A DNA stretch of 61,669 nucleotides, filler included, from Dirinaria sp. TL-2023a (lineage: Eukaryota): NCBI GenBank assembly GCA_051941275.1. It is 4 parts of 4 records of this genome, joined end to end, with 100 filler letters (N's around TTAATTAATTAA, not from the genome) between each part and the next. Parts side by side here need not be neighbours in the genome. Positions count along the whole stretch, not along the records: positions 1 to 15,366 come from JAVEBF010000551.1; 3 more parts are not named here. One strand, written 5' to 3'. This document shows positions 1 through 11,964 of this stretch, piece after piece. The notes beneath the pieces are model-generated. The model was not told the origin of the DNA. It did not search any database and was given only the letters and a program-made list of their open reading frames with translations. Position 1 is the stretch's first letter. The number at the start of each line of letters is the position of its first letter. Position numbers and translations under genes: made by a program.

Positions 1-1856
1 TCTCGCTTTCTATTACATTTAATGGGACCTTGCAGCCTGACTAGATGTTTGGGACAGAGAGAGATGAGATGCTTAAGCAATAAGTATGGACTTTTGAAGC
101 ATGAGAATGCACCGATGCCGCTGTAAATTGACATGCCAAGAAGACAGAAATCTGCCCCGACCTCACCCCTCATCGGGGCCTCGGGTGAGCGCCGCCTTAA
201 GGTCGCGCGATCTGGATGATCGTCGCGCGACCCTGGGTGATCCGGGGTGACCCCAAGTGATCCTGAGTGGCTGCGCCCCCTTCTTGGGGGTGAGATGCTA
301 CCCGATCGCCATTCTATTTGAGACCAGGTCCGCAGGTCTTTCGGACGTAGTGGATCCGCAGCGGTTAGCGAGACCGCCCGGCCGCATGTCTACTGAAAAA
401 GCAGCGATAATGGAAAATGATCTAATATCGACCTCAAACATATTCTTTTCTTCCTGTCTTCGTTAACAGTTTCTATTCCTTTGCCCTCTTTCCTTCGTTT
501 TTCTTCCCTCTTCGCTCGCACAGCTCACGCAGCTGTCGGTTCCTCCAGTACCGATTTAAGACTGTTCTGAATCCTCCTTCACGGCCCGTTTTCTACGCTA
601 TCTCTCAATCGCCGTCTCCTCATTGTTGCGTCTTCTACCGTCCAACCTAGTGTTGCTGGTCTCAATAGGAGATGCTAGGGTTTGGTCTTGTATAGAAGAG
701 GTCGGTCAAGGAACAACGGGTGTCTCTGTGATATAGTATATATCACGGGTAAAGGTACTTGGTACTTGTGACAGTAGGTACTATTGCAAGATGAGTATTA
801 AACACGATGCCAGAAGGGCGTCGTGTTGGGAGTCTATATACACATTGCTCCTACTCCTGCTCAGCTGTGGATTTCCCCTGCTCAGTTACTGATCAATCCG
901 TGCTCAGTTCTAATCAACCTCAGGGTCCACTGAGCAACCTGCATAACCCTAGATCAACCCTAGCTATTAGAGCGGGGTCCTAACACCATTCCCTCTCTAG
1001 TTTAGCTTCGTCTCGAAGCTTATATACTTAACTCTGCCCTTCTCCTCGTCATGGCCTTCCGTCATGTCAACTCGTAAACCTGAGTTCAGCAACGTTCGTC
1101 GCCATAGACTTACAGATTTTAATGAGCGCTGCGGTGATAATATGATTAAGAAGTGCTCCATCTGTGTTAAGCATTCTCGCAGTTGCAAGATGTGTATGTC
1201 ATGAACCTCACCTGGAAGCACCTTTGTGTGGTTAGGTGCCTGCCCTGGAGGACCGTGAAGGACCCTGATATTAAGGGGTTTTGCACTATTCCCTTCTAGG
1301 CGTGTTATCCGCAAACCCGACCCCCTATTCGTTGCTTGCACCTCCTGTCATGGTGCCAAGACCTCAAAATGTGTGGCCCTCCTAGGGAGTAGGGTGAGCG
1401 CCGTCCTACGATTAGCCGCCGCGCGCTCATATGTGATCTTTGGACTTTGGTGCTCCTGGTTAAGCTGCTTCCTCTATCGTAAAATACGCATTCATGCGCA
1501 TGAAGGTTTTGGTTAGGGTTTCACTACCTAACGTTTTGTCTGGCGGCCCATTCTCTAGATATTCAGGTCGCCTCCGCACTCAGGATACCTGGGAGATGAA
1601 CATTCCACACATCGCGATTCCTGCTGCGTGGAATTATACATATGCGTTTGCAGCATCGAAAGCACTTGGGGTGGACCTGGTGAAATACGGCTCGGTTCCC
1701 TTTCTCTCTCTCCATACTCGGTGTTCAGTTGAGTAATCTCTACTTGATATCTAATTTCAATCTAATTTCAATCTGGCCCCTAATATTCTAAAACTCGCTC
1801 GTTTCTAAACAGAACAGCGGATCAGCCTGGACCACACTGCTAACACTCGTTCCATC

Positions 1857-3901
1857 CTAAGGCCTCGCATCACCAATGGCAAGTACACTGTCCCATCGAT
1901 CAGAAGCAGTAAGAAGAATGTTCGGGATATGTCTCTCGCGTTGCTTTGTGCAGATTGATTAGCATAGACATTGTGTAACGACGAAGAACCTTACAAAAGC
2001 GTTGGAATCACCGGTCTCTTCGTACTATATGACAGGAACTTTTAGTCATCTCGATATCAGTTGATCTGCGGTTAAGAGGTGCTCTTACGTCGTTATATGC
2101 CCCTGACATTCTTTGACTCAGAAAACATTTGAACGGCATCATATCCTGCAGGATATACTCGTACAAGTTCTTTCCCGCCACGTCCGTGGCTGGTTTCAAG
2201 ACTGCGAACAACTCGTTGCGGACAATGCTCCATCCATCGTGCCCGTCTAATTTCAAGGCATAGAGGAGGTTTCCGATATGGTTCTGAATGAGAGCATGAT
2301 GAATCTTGGCCCAGACGCTTTTCAGATCATTCGTGCATCCCGGCGAAGTCACACGCAAGTTGATACCCTGTCGTTGCAATGTTGGAATATGGAGCTTCAC
2401 GCCTTCAAAATCGCGAATAGCAAATCCTCTGATCTGTCGAGACCGAAAACAGACGCGCATCAAGGTGTTTTGCCCATGAGCCTCGAAGCCAATCCCGTAC
2501 TGCAAAAGCGGTGGCAGCAGAAGCTGTAATAAGACGGAAACATATCTGCTCAACTTGTGATCAAGATATTTTCATGCGATCTTGATGACGAGTGAACAAA
2601 CCTCATAAACCAGTCTTGCTTCTCTTCAATCGTCTTGAGATGAAACACGATTTCCGCATGTGTATAGTTCGAACCAAGAGGTCGCTCCCCAAGTGCTCCC
2701 GCTATAATAAGTGTCTCACCATTTGCTCGCGCTCGTGGTTCCAGATCCTCTCGAATGATACAGGAAAGATTCCGTGCGATATCTTCGTCCTCCTGAGCCC
2801 CTGCTACCGCAGCAATCTCTCTGAACAGCCACAACTCCTCAGGCATTAGACTATACAACTGGTCTCTGACGATCTGACCTCCCAGTGTTTGACAGGGCCG
2901 GATCGCCCGGACATCTGAACCAATTTGGCAGGCAATGGAAAGCTTCAGATGATACGGAATGGCGAGTTCTGGTCGCAGGGTGAGAGTGCGCATCGAAGCC
3001 TGGGTGTCGGCACATTCCGCAATGGACTTGACAAGGATTGTGCTTGGGAAATAATGATAAACACATGGTAATTGGAGACTCAGACATGGAATAATAACTC
3101 TATCGTCGGGAGGATTCGCGATTCCTAATCGGGCCAGCAATGGTTCAAGCGTGTTCTCAAAGGGACCGAAAATACGCATCTCCGTCTTCAAGACTGATAC
3201 GAATGCCATCTTCGGTGATAGCATTTCCGGGAGGTCCTTGGGCGTCACAGGCTCCATCGGTGGCTGGGCACGGCATAACCGATGAAACTGCTTGCTATTA
3301 GACATACGAATTGTATATATTAGGCTCACAGAATCCGTACCGGATGAGTCGGGTGACCCAGAACTAGCGCTCTTTCCCACATGATAGACGGTGAAATTAG
3401 ATGTATCGGTCGTGGTGAGGAATGTATGTCCAACCATCGCTCTGTAGCTTTTCCTTCAGTAAAGCGAATACAGAAAGCTGACATGATATAGAGACCTTGA
3501 TTTGCGACGCTATTACGCATTTCTGCAGCCATCTCCTCCATGACCGGCTCGTCCACCTTGACCGAGAATATATGACGGTTTAGGAATCGAAATACAACAT
3601 CGGGAGCTAAAAGCTCCTCTCGGGTGTCCTTGTCAATTATGATAATCGGCGGCCGCAGCATCTCAGGCCGAATGAAGGAAACAACTTGACCTTTGTGACT
3701 ATAAACACATGCATTCGATGATAATGTGACTTGCACACATCTCTCCGTTCGGTGTGAGCCCCCTCGTATGCTGAACAAGCTGATGCATGACTGCTCCAGA
3801 GAATCAACTGCCGCACCGACTAGACGCTCGTTCACGATATGGGATAGTAGACGCTTCGTCGTCTCAACTAGAGCTTGCTCGTGTGTCGAGTGAGGCATCA
3901 T
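1857..3901 (-). CDS. IucA/IucC-family NRPS-independent siderophore (NIS) synthetase-like amide ligase, AnkE-like; multi-exon
   Basis: Exons from ORFs 3326-3901, 2550-3437 and 2008-2553 join through GT-AG introns. NIS motifs are present: ETTKRLL..VNE, GHPTHP, QASMRT, HLKLS, EAHGQN, IRDFEG. The last exon reads QRERHIPNIL..., with a TAG stop at 1857-1859. Confidence 0.88.
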
Positions 3902-4433
3902 GGCGAGGAGTATTGTATAATATTTCAGATCTCATCCATTTGCGGACCTACCTTAGTATTTGCTTCCTAGACGAGGGGCAGAGCACTGGAAGAGTGTGGG
4001 AATTTATATGCGGGGCATGTAGCAGTCAAGCAAGGTAGAACGCACGCATACAGTAAGCTAGGCGTGGATGGGACATACATCTAGCGTACAATTCCCGCTA
4101 CTACACTACACGTGTCCTGACATAATGTCATGCACTCTTATGTCGAGAATTTTTTATACGCTCCGCGAAAAACTTAACATACTCTCACCGATCCCAACAC
4201 ACCGCGGGGATAGTTTCCGTGCCTTTACAGACGGTGATGCGCCGCTCATAATGGCATAAGAAGGCTCTACGGAACACAGACAGGACCAAAAGCGCTGTAG
4301 GCGAAACTACTACTCATCTCACGCGTTTACACTGAAAACAGCCTCGATCTCTAACTTTACTTATCCACGGCTTGTACCTCTTCACATCCTGTCGTATTCT
4401 AAAAACCACGATCTCTTCAATTCGGTCGGCAGA

Positions 4434-6441
4434 CTAGGCCCAACGATCGTGCACAATCTTAACTTTTACCGGAGAATTGATGATTGGTGCGAACTGATCC
4501 GTAATTTGCATGTCGGACTCGGTAGTCTCGAATAATTCCATTTCGAAGCGCGAGAAGAAGACAGCCATAGTGGCGTAGAGCTCCATGTATGCAAGGCTAT
4601 TGACTCTTAGTCATGCGTCTTGAAACATATTACTGCAGAGGAACATACTTGGTAGCTATGCACTGGCGACGCCCTTTACTGAATGCAACGGCCCATTTCT
4701 GCAGATTCTGCGCCTCGGTGCCCATCCAACGCTCCGGGATGAAAGCATTGGGTTCTGGGAAGATCTTCTCGTCACGTTCTATCACAGGGTGCACCATTGA
4801 AATGATTGTCTGTTGTGAGGTTAGAATTTCGGCCCTTGCTTGGAAATGCTCAGACATACCCCTCCGGCAATCTGATAACCTCCAATCTCTATTCCGTCCT
4901 TGGGTACAATCCGGGGGAGACACCCAGGCACTGTATTGCTCAATCGAAGCGTTTCCTTCACAACGGCAGTCTAAGTATCAAGGGTCAACGACACATCAAG
5001 GTTACAGCACGAATTTGACGCACCAAGTAGGGCAAGGCCATTATCCTTCGGTGATCAAATTCCTGGATGAACGGCTTCGCTTCAAAGAGCTCTGCTTCCA
5101 ATTTCGCCTTGACTTCAGGATTGGTAAGAAGAAAGTATGTCGCAAAAGACAACACGTAACTGGTCGCCTCCATCCCAGCGACTATATAGTTGAAAACATC
5201 ATCGAAAAGCGGCGCAAAATCCAGTGGGGCCCCGGTTTTGCGTCTCGATTTTACGATCAGATCGAAGAATGTATCCTGGCCGTCGGGCTGCTTGCCTGAA
5301 TCATGAGCTAGAACTGCTTCATCCAACCACGACTTGAAAATCTGTTTACTAGTTACCCTCTATTCCCCAGAGAGACGAGAAAGTGGTCTAACAAGGACCA
5401 ACCTTTTGATAGCCAATTATCCCCGGTTGTATCCAGTCAACCACAAAGGCCGGGAGCGATATAATTGCCCAATTGACCACACTATAATAAATTCCTTCAA
5501 GTCGAATTAGTCGACCTTTCCTTCAGTGGAAGGTCAAGCCGTATGTACTCAGCCATGTAATGCCGGTAAACTTGTCGACACTACGCATCAACGGATGATA
5601 GTGATCTGCGTCTGCGCCAGGCGCACCGATCAAACCAAGGGATTTTCCAAACAAGAGTTGGCACACCATATCTGCCTAGTGCGGTCTATCAGCCCAAACC
5701 GTTTATACAACCGAGGATTAGATATAGCTACCGCAATTGCACGATAGACTCGCTGAATTACTGTGTGTTTTCCGTCCTTCCCTTGACGGGCCATCGACGC
5801 CGCCGCCTTGTCCAATTCCGATGCTATGGCCGGACCCAGACTGTCCACTGCCTTCCGGGAAAATAATGATACCACGGTATTGCGGTACATTTTGTGCTCT
5901 GCTGGATCGCAGATAGTGAGGATTGAGCCATCGATACCGAGTTTTTTATAGAAGGTGTGTGCTTTGGCAAAGTCTGTACCCGAATCGTAGATTCTATTAT
6001 CAGAGAGTCAATGACACATATCAGACCTAGTGACAGGGTGAAAAGCAGACGCGTGATAATAACTCGGATCTCCAATATGGACGTGATCAGTAGCGATACG
6101 AATCACCGGGGAATATGTATGTGCGTTAGTGATAATCATGAGGCCATGGCTGTTCACTTACTATATTGGCTGTGCATAGGGATCAATCTCTTAAAGTATC
6201 CATCACCTATGATGTTGTAGAAGGCTTCATATAAATGGCTTGCCGCAGCTACTTTGGGTCCTGGGATCCCGCTCAATTTGTGGAAGTAGACACGACGGAC
6301 ATAGTTGCAGAGGAGGCACACGAGGGCTATCAGACCAAGAGCCAGTCTTGGAAATCGAGTCACCGGGATTGAAAGATTGTCTTGCTGTAATATGCCCTTC
6401 CACTTGCCAGACATGATCGATATGGTATTGATTAGGTCCAT
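4434..6441 (-). CDS. Cytochrome P450, AnkB-like cluster tailoring enzyme; multi-exon
   Basis: N-terminal TM segment followed by IPGPK, I-helix AGMEAT, ETLR (ExxR) in the exon near 4950, PERW, and heme motif FSKGRRQCIA. The last exon LAYMELY...DRWA* ends at 4434. Confidence 0.92.
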
Positions 6442-7180
6442 GATCACACGTAGAATAACCTGAGGTCAGAATATAGGTGTTATCCTTCTTGATGTAGCCC
6501 TACCCAAGAAGTTTCCTGTATCACATCAAAAATCATGGGGATCTAATCCACCTGCAGTCCAAAGGTCGGCAGAAAGCTGCACTTTGTTTTCGTTTCGATG
6601 GTCGACAGAATTTGCGCAGTCACATCGGGCAAGCAGATTTAGCGTTTGGACATGCCTGTACGGGGTGTATATATGCCTTCTTTCTACGCTAAACATGCAT
6701 TTTTAATCCTGCACACTAGTATGCTGGTAGTTAGTCTTCGGGCCGTGCGCATAAATCGTTGCACACGGACTTCTCCGAGACTCAAATCATCATTGTATAT
6801 TGGTTTGAAAACTTTAGTCTTGAGGCATTAAAAGCACCGTTTCATTCGCTGGCTCTGTCCTCTAACGTTGACACACCTTTGCTTTAGTGTCGGGTACGCT
6901 TGTGCTATATGTAGCTATTCGCTTTGATGGAACACTTAAGCATTAGGATCTCGATAAGGTATCTTTGGACAATCACATCATTGTTCTAAGGTAAGAGGTT
7001 GTAATCTTGAAATCGTAGTTAAACTAATACCGTTGTCTTGATCAGGCTTGTGCATGTCCAAGAACTCCGCGGCACGGGAACACGAAAGATGACCCTACCT
7101 AGCGCATCAGAAGGCCTTTCAACTTTTCCTAGACCATATGAGGAGAACTTTTGAATTTTACCTAGACCGCATTAGGACGC

Positions 7181-8824
7181 TCACTGACTTGACTGACAGC
7201 AAGAATCAGAAATATTGACCGCTGAATCGACTAAGGTTCTGCTTTCTATAGAGCCTCTGGCTATACACACATCCAGTTGCTTGAATTGTTGTGTACGTGG
7301 ACCATTCTGTGAGCCAAGTTTTACTTCCGAAAAAAGCCTTTCCAACACCGCACCGGCACTCGATCCATAGAGCTTGCTGATCACATCAAAAGGGTCGAGC
7401 TTGTGAGATAATCCTGCGTGGGCTTCATCACTCATATCTCGGCTGGGTGGGAGCCTCGTGCATACGCCCATGGTTGGTCTTTCTGGAGATGGATCGTCGA
7501 GATACAAATTTGACCCGCTTTGGTTCCTGCTGATGAATACTCGTCGGCAGAGGTACACTTCCAACAAACTGAATGTAACTGGGTATTTGGAAGACAGCGC
7601 ATTCATTCTTTTCAGGACTTTTTGTGCTCGGGAGTAAATCCGACGCTCGACCCCGTCATCGATACCAATCAGTAATCGTCTTAGAGCTGTTCTCGCTATT
7701 GAGGATGATCTAGCCTTTTCGTTGTTGCGGGTAATATTGTTGCTCTCCACTAGAGCTGGTCTTACTACCTGAAAGACGTAGAATAGGTGTCCAAAGGATT
7801 TAAAGTCATGCGGCTTTTCCTTCTCCGGGATAAGGCAGAAGAAACCGGCCCATATAGGGTCGTAGGTACTCAGAGAGTGTAGGATGGAGTCCAAGGATGG
7901 TAGTACCCCTTTTACGAGGAATTGACGGAGGATACAACATACCCAGTCCGCCGAAGGAGATACTCGAACTTCAAATTCACGAGTCAGGATGTCCCTTTGT
8001 GACAGCTTGTAGTTGATATAGCGGCGAAAAACACCTGCAATTTGTTCGTGACGCTTCTCTACCGCTTCCATCCACTGCAAAGCTTGTTGAAAGGTGCAAT
8101 ATCCATCCCGCAGGCGCTGGTCTATGGACTGATAGTAGTGGAAGCTTGGGATATCCAGACAAAGGTTGAGCTGGCGCCCATGGTCTTGATGTGGTGTGGA
8201 TGTACGGCTGAGTAATGCCAAAAAATCCGCGATCACCGGGGCGGAACGGGCTATGTATTCCACTTCGTAAAGTGTTGGTCCAGCATATTGAAGTTTCTCT
8301 ATGTCAATGGGTCCGCCTTGAGGGATGCTGGATTGAAGGATCCGGGCGGAAAATAGGCACATGCCGGTAATGATGGTGAATTCGCCCTTGTAGAAGTCAT
8401 CCGGTACAATTTGGGCCATAGGACTCGAGAAGTGCAGGTAATTGGTGGAAGTCAACGCGAATCGCTTGAGTCCTGGAATACAGAAGTCAAACCGAACCTT
8501 TTCGAACCAAGTAATGCCCTCCGCAATGCGTGCAGGCCCTTCACAGGGTGACCCTCCCACCAGACCACTGTCAGTCACTCTGATCATCGTTGCCTCTGTG
8601 TGACGATGGTTGATCAGCTCAGCGGCTCTCATGGCGACCTTGTGTCCTTTGTAAACGGCCTTGCCATATTTCGCGTCAATAGTTTCATCGCTACATGATG
8701 AATGGAAATATCCCAGGATTTCTGACGAGCATTTCTTAGTGCAGAGTTCGACATCATGAAATGAGATGACGGCCGACTCTCCGGATTGACTCTGGATATC
8801 TGCAATGAGGACTGGTGTTTCCAT
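7181..8824 (-). CDS. Putative fungal tRNA-dependent arginine-containing cyclodipeptide synthase (RCDPS, AnkA/AvaA-like)
   Basis: Continuous 547-aa ORF with no recognisable classical domain. It carries TIITGMCLF, PTLYEVEYIAR, LDIPSFHYY and a C-terminal DDGVE (DDxxE) motif at 7646-7660 followed by RRIY. Size and neighbours (P450, NIS, PLP enzyme, OMT) match the ank cluster. Confidence 0.8.
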   Translation of the reverse strand: METPVLIADIQSQSGESAVISFHDVELCTKKCSSEILGYFHSSCSDETIDAKYGKAVYKGHKVAMRAAELINHRHTEATMIRVTDSGLVGGSPCEGPARIAEGITWFEKVRFDFCIPGLKRFALTSTNYLHFSSPMAQIVPDDFYKGEFTIITGMCLFSARILQSSIPQGGPIDIEKLQYAGPTLYEVEYIARSAPVIADFLALLSRTSTPHQDHGRQLNLCLDIPSFHYYQSIDQRLRDGYCTFQQALQWMEAVEKRHEQIAGVFRRYINYKLSQRDILTREFEVRVSPSADWVCCILRQFLVKGVLPSLDSILHSLSTYDPIWAGFFCLIPEKEKPHDFKSFGHLFYVFQVVRPALVESNNITRNNEKARSSSIARTALRRLLIGIDDGVERRIYSRAQKVLKRMNALSSKYPVTFSLLEVYLCRRVFISRNQSGSNLYLDDPSPERPTMGVCTRLPPSRDMSDEAHAGLSHKLDPFDVISKLYGSSAGAVLERLFSEVKLGSQNGPRTQQFKQLDVCIARGSIESRTLVDSAVNISDSCCQSSQ

Positions 8825-9289
8825 TGATTCTCTGCTTCTGCCCTAGGCAACAATATCGAATAACTCTATACCTGCTGTTTGTACAAGTTCCCAGGTTGCA
8901 TCGGCTCCCTTTCATCTTGCCCTTAAAGAACGCTAATCTGAGATCGGCACCCGAACCGTTAGAAAGGAATGACTCTGTAGTGAGACCCTGCATAGAGTCA
9001 ATTTTTGTGACAAATTGCCTCTATGCTACATAACCTTGCTCGCATTCGGAGTCACCGGAGTGGACATGTAGGCCGAAGACAGGGGACCCTGCACTGGCAT
9101 GTATATCTACGCTGGTTCCACGGGAGTACATCATATACGACTATGTCCGAGGGATATGCTGGAGGATGCTAGGTAAACTCATCTATTTGGGAATAGCCAG
9201 GAGATACGTATAGCTGGATGGATATTTAAGAATTGGATTTCTGGTCCATGAGAAGTGTGTTCCTTTCACCAAGCCCAGATTTTCACAAG

Positions 9290-10644
9290 ATGAAAGTCAA
9301 CAGTGCCAGCAAGAGTTATACTCGCATCAAGCAAAGATCCATCCCGGGCGTATGGATGAGATCTGGGACGTCAAAGGGTCTTTTCATCCGTAGAGAGCAT
9401 CTGCCAGAATCGCCAAAGGATTGGGAACCCATTTTGCTGGACGTTATGGGATCCAGCGACGGAAATCCACAACAAATTGATGGGATCGGAGGAGGGACGT
9501 CGACAACATCCAAGGTCGCTGTGGTCTCACAATCAACACATCCCGAGATAGATGTGGATTATACCTTCGTCCAAATCAACTCTTCAACTGGAAAAGCGGA
9601 GATGTGGGGGACGTGTGGGAATATGGTCGCTGGCGTTGGGCTTTTTGCTTTGGACGAAGGCCTGGTGAATCTGTCAGGCCAGCAGGAAATTGTAGGGCGA
9701 CGGCTTCCACTGTGACTGGGACTGCCACTGTGACTGAAACTGAAGAAAGGCGCTTATTGGTAATGCAGATTGAGATCAAGATTTTCGCCACTAACACAAA
9801 CCAGATGCTTAAGGTCACTGCCAAAGTTACGGCAGATGGCAAGGCGGAGGAAGGTCGAGACCACCGCATGTTAGCCAATCCGATTCCACCAGGAAGTCCA
9901 ATCAAAGTCACTTTTTGTGCGCCAAGCGGGAGCATCACCCGAGGACTCTTTCCATCTGGGGAATCGACCACACATCTCCCTATTGGGTGCCCGGACACCG
10001 GCGCTCCCCTCCTTGTCCGAGCTACCTTGATTGACTGCGCCAATCTTTTTGTCTTTGTGGATGCAGAATCGATGCCCTCACGATATCGCATCGAAGGCCC
10101 CTCCAGCAGAGCGTCCAAGGCGATTGTCGAAACGATCCGACGCAGAGCTTCGATCCACTTGGGGCTTTCCCGCACCTCAGACGAGGCTGCGCAGCGTCAA
10201 GGAATACCAAAGATCGCTATCGTCGCGTCTTCGGGCTCTTGGGCCAGCCGAGCGAGCTTGTCAACCTCGTCGGCAGACGTGGAGGTGACGGCATTCAGCA
10301 TGGGCAATTTGCATCCAACCTTCCAACTTACGGGAGCAATTTGCCTCGGAGCCGCCTTGAGTATGCCAAATACTGTTGCGTCAGACTGCTGGCGATCTGT
10401 CAGACCCAACACACCGCCTCCAGATAGCTCCGAAAGTCTTCTGGGGCGTACCGCCCCAGAGTCTAGAATGTGGCGCATCAAGCACCCTATGGGATGGATC
10501 GATTCTGAAATCTGTTGGTCCCGAAACGCGGGTGGGGAATTTACGATCGAGAAGGCGAGTGTTATTTGCACTGCTCGGAAACTCTTCCAAGGATCTGTAT
10601 TCTATCGCCAAAACTGCATGACCTGGCTTGAGCAGGAAAGGTAA
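9290..10644 (+). CDS. PrpF/AcnD-accessory family (methyl)aconitate isomerase, diaminopimelate-epimerase fold; 2 exons
   Basis: MRSGTSKG, QIDGIGGGTSTTSKVA, DVDYTFVQ, TCGNM (catalytic Cys), FSMGNLH and TARKLFQG. A phase-0 intron at 9692-9768 joins ORFs 9233 and 9604. An alternative ATG lies at 9248. Confidence 0.9.
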
Positions 10645-11964
10645 AAGTACTGTAGATGCTGCATACACCTCAGCACTACTTCGGCAAGTTGGTCATCGGG
10701 TCGCATATATGCATGAGGTATTGATGCTTTTGTAGATACACGTGGCATGAAGCATCGAAAGCACTTGATGTAGCTATGGCAAGTTGTAAAACCAGTGCTC
10801 CTCAGTATCTGTCTGATGTGACTATCTTCCCACAACAGCAAATCAGATCTTAGGCAGGGCTGAATCTACTTGGTAGCACATAGTCCGCGTACGAAGAGGT
10901 ATTGATTGGCCATCCGGACTGAATTTATACGGCGGCTATTTTAATGCCATAAGTCCTGATTGGCAAAATGCACGCTGAGACCGGGTCATTCAGGCGACTA
11001 CAGGCGAGCTTGGTTGAGCTCGGGCGTATCATGGGTACGAGTACTGTACGGATTACTCCGCATCTCGTATCAAATGAGCTGTGTCTGGATGATCATATTA
11101 TTGAAGTATGAGGAGGCATAGACATACATTGCATTCAATACTTGGTAAATACCTGAGGAAGGAAGGAAAAGGGGGATATTCTATGTAGCGGGATGGAAAT
11201 TCTGCAACGCCAAGACACTAACCATATCTGGTAAGATTGCCGAGACCAGCGCTATTGGAGCGCCTCAGACACACATTTCATGTACAACAACACATACTCG
11301 TATCTTATTTGCTGATCCTTTTAGGCGACATCTAGACTACTCTCTACATGTACATAAGGTAGCTAATCGCGCTACCTGAACGGCACTGGCGCCGCTAAAG
11401 TACCTAAGATAGCTTAGAGCTCAGGTACTACCGAGCTACCTTACCGCCGCCTTGGCAATGGGCGCTTCTCACCTACTTCTAGCTTTTTGCTTCCTGCTCC
11501 TCTTTGCTTCCTCAGAGCATATTATCACATTGAACCAATTCCTTCATTTGAATCCTTCCCGTGCATAGAGCTTTCAGCGCTAAGGTAAGAAGGCCGAGGA
11601 GGCTTGCGCTTTGCCGAGCCTGTCCGCCAAACTCCTCGTCGTCCAACTTTCACTTTAGCACTAAGGTGGGTTGCATGTAAGGTACGGGTATACCTACCTA
11701 CTACTACTAGTACCAACCGCGTATTTCCCCACATACCTGAATCACAACATTCAAACGGGGTCCCCGCAGCTAATGCAGCGATTAGTTGAAAAAAGCAATG
11801 ATCTCCGCCAAGACTCAAGATGGAATTCTAGTGTGGGGAAAAGAGTCCATCAGACGATTGTGTACGGAGGCAAAGCTCTGACGAATCTTCGAAAACTTCC
11901 AAATTCCGGCACTACTCAGCTTTCGCTACTGTTCTCGATCGGGATGACGTGATCGGTGCTCGCA

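Noticed and set aside
4613..5299. 228-aa plus-strand ORF
   Set aside because: It is the antisense shadow of P450 exons and has no motif.
7181..8824. Alternative reading of the orphan as a terpene cyclase (DDxxD-like) or isocyanide synthase
   Set aside because: There is no NSE/DTE triad or DIT1/PvcA motif, and the gene neighbourhood fits an RCDPS much better.
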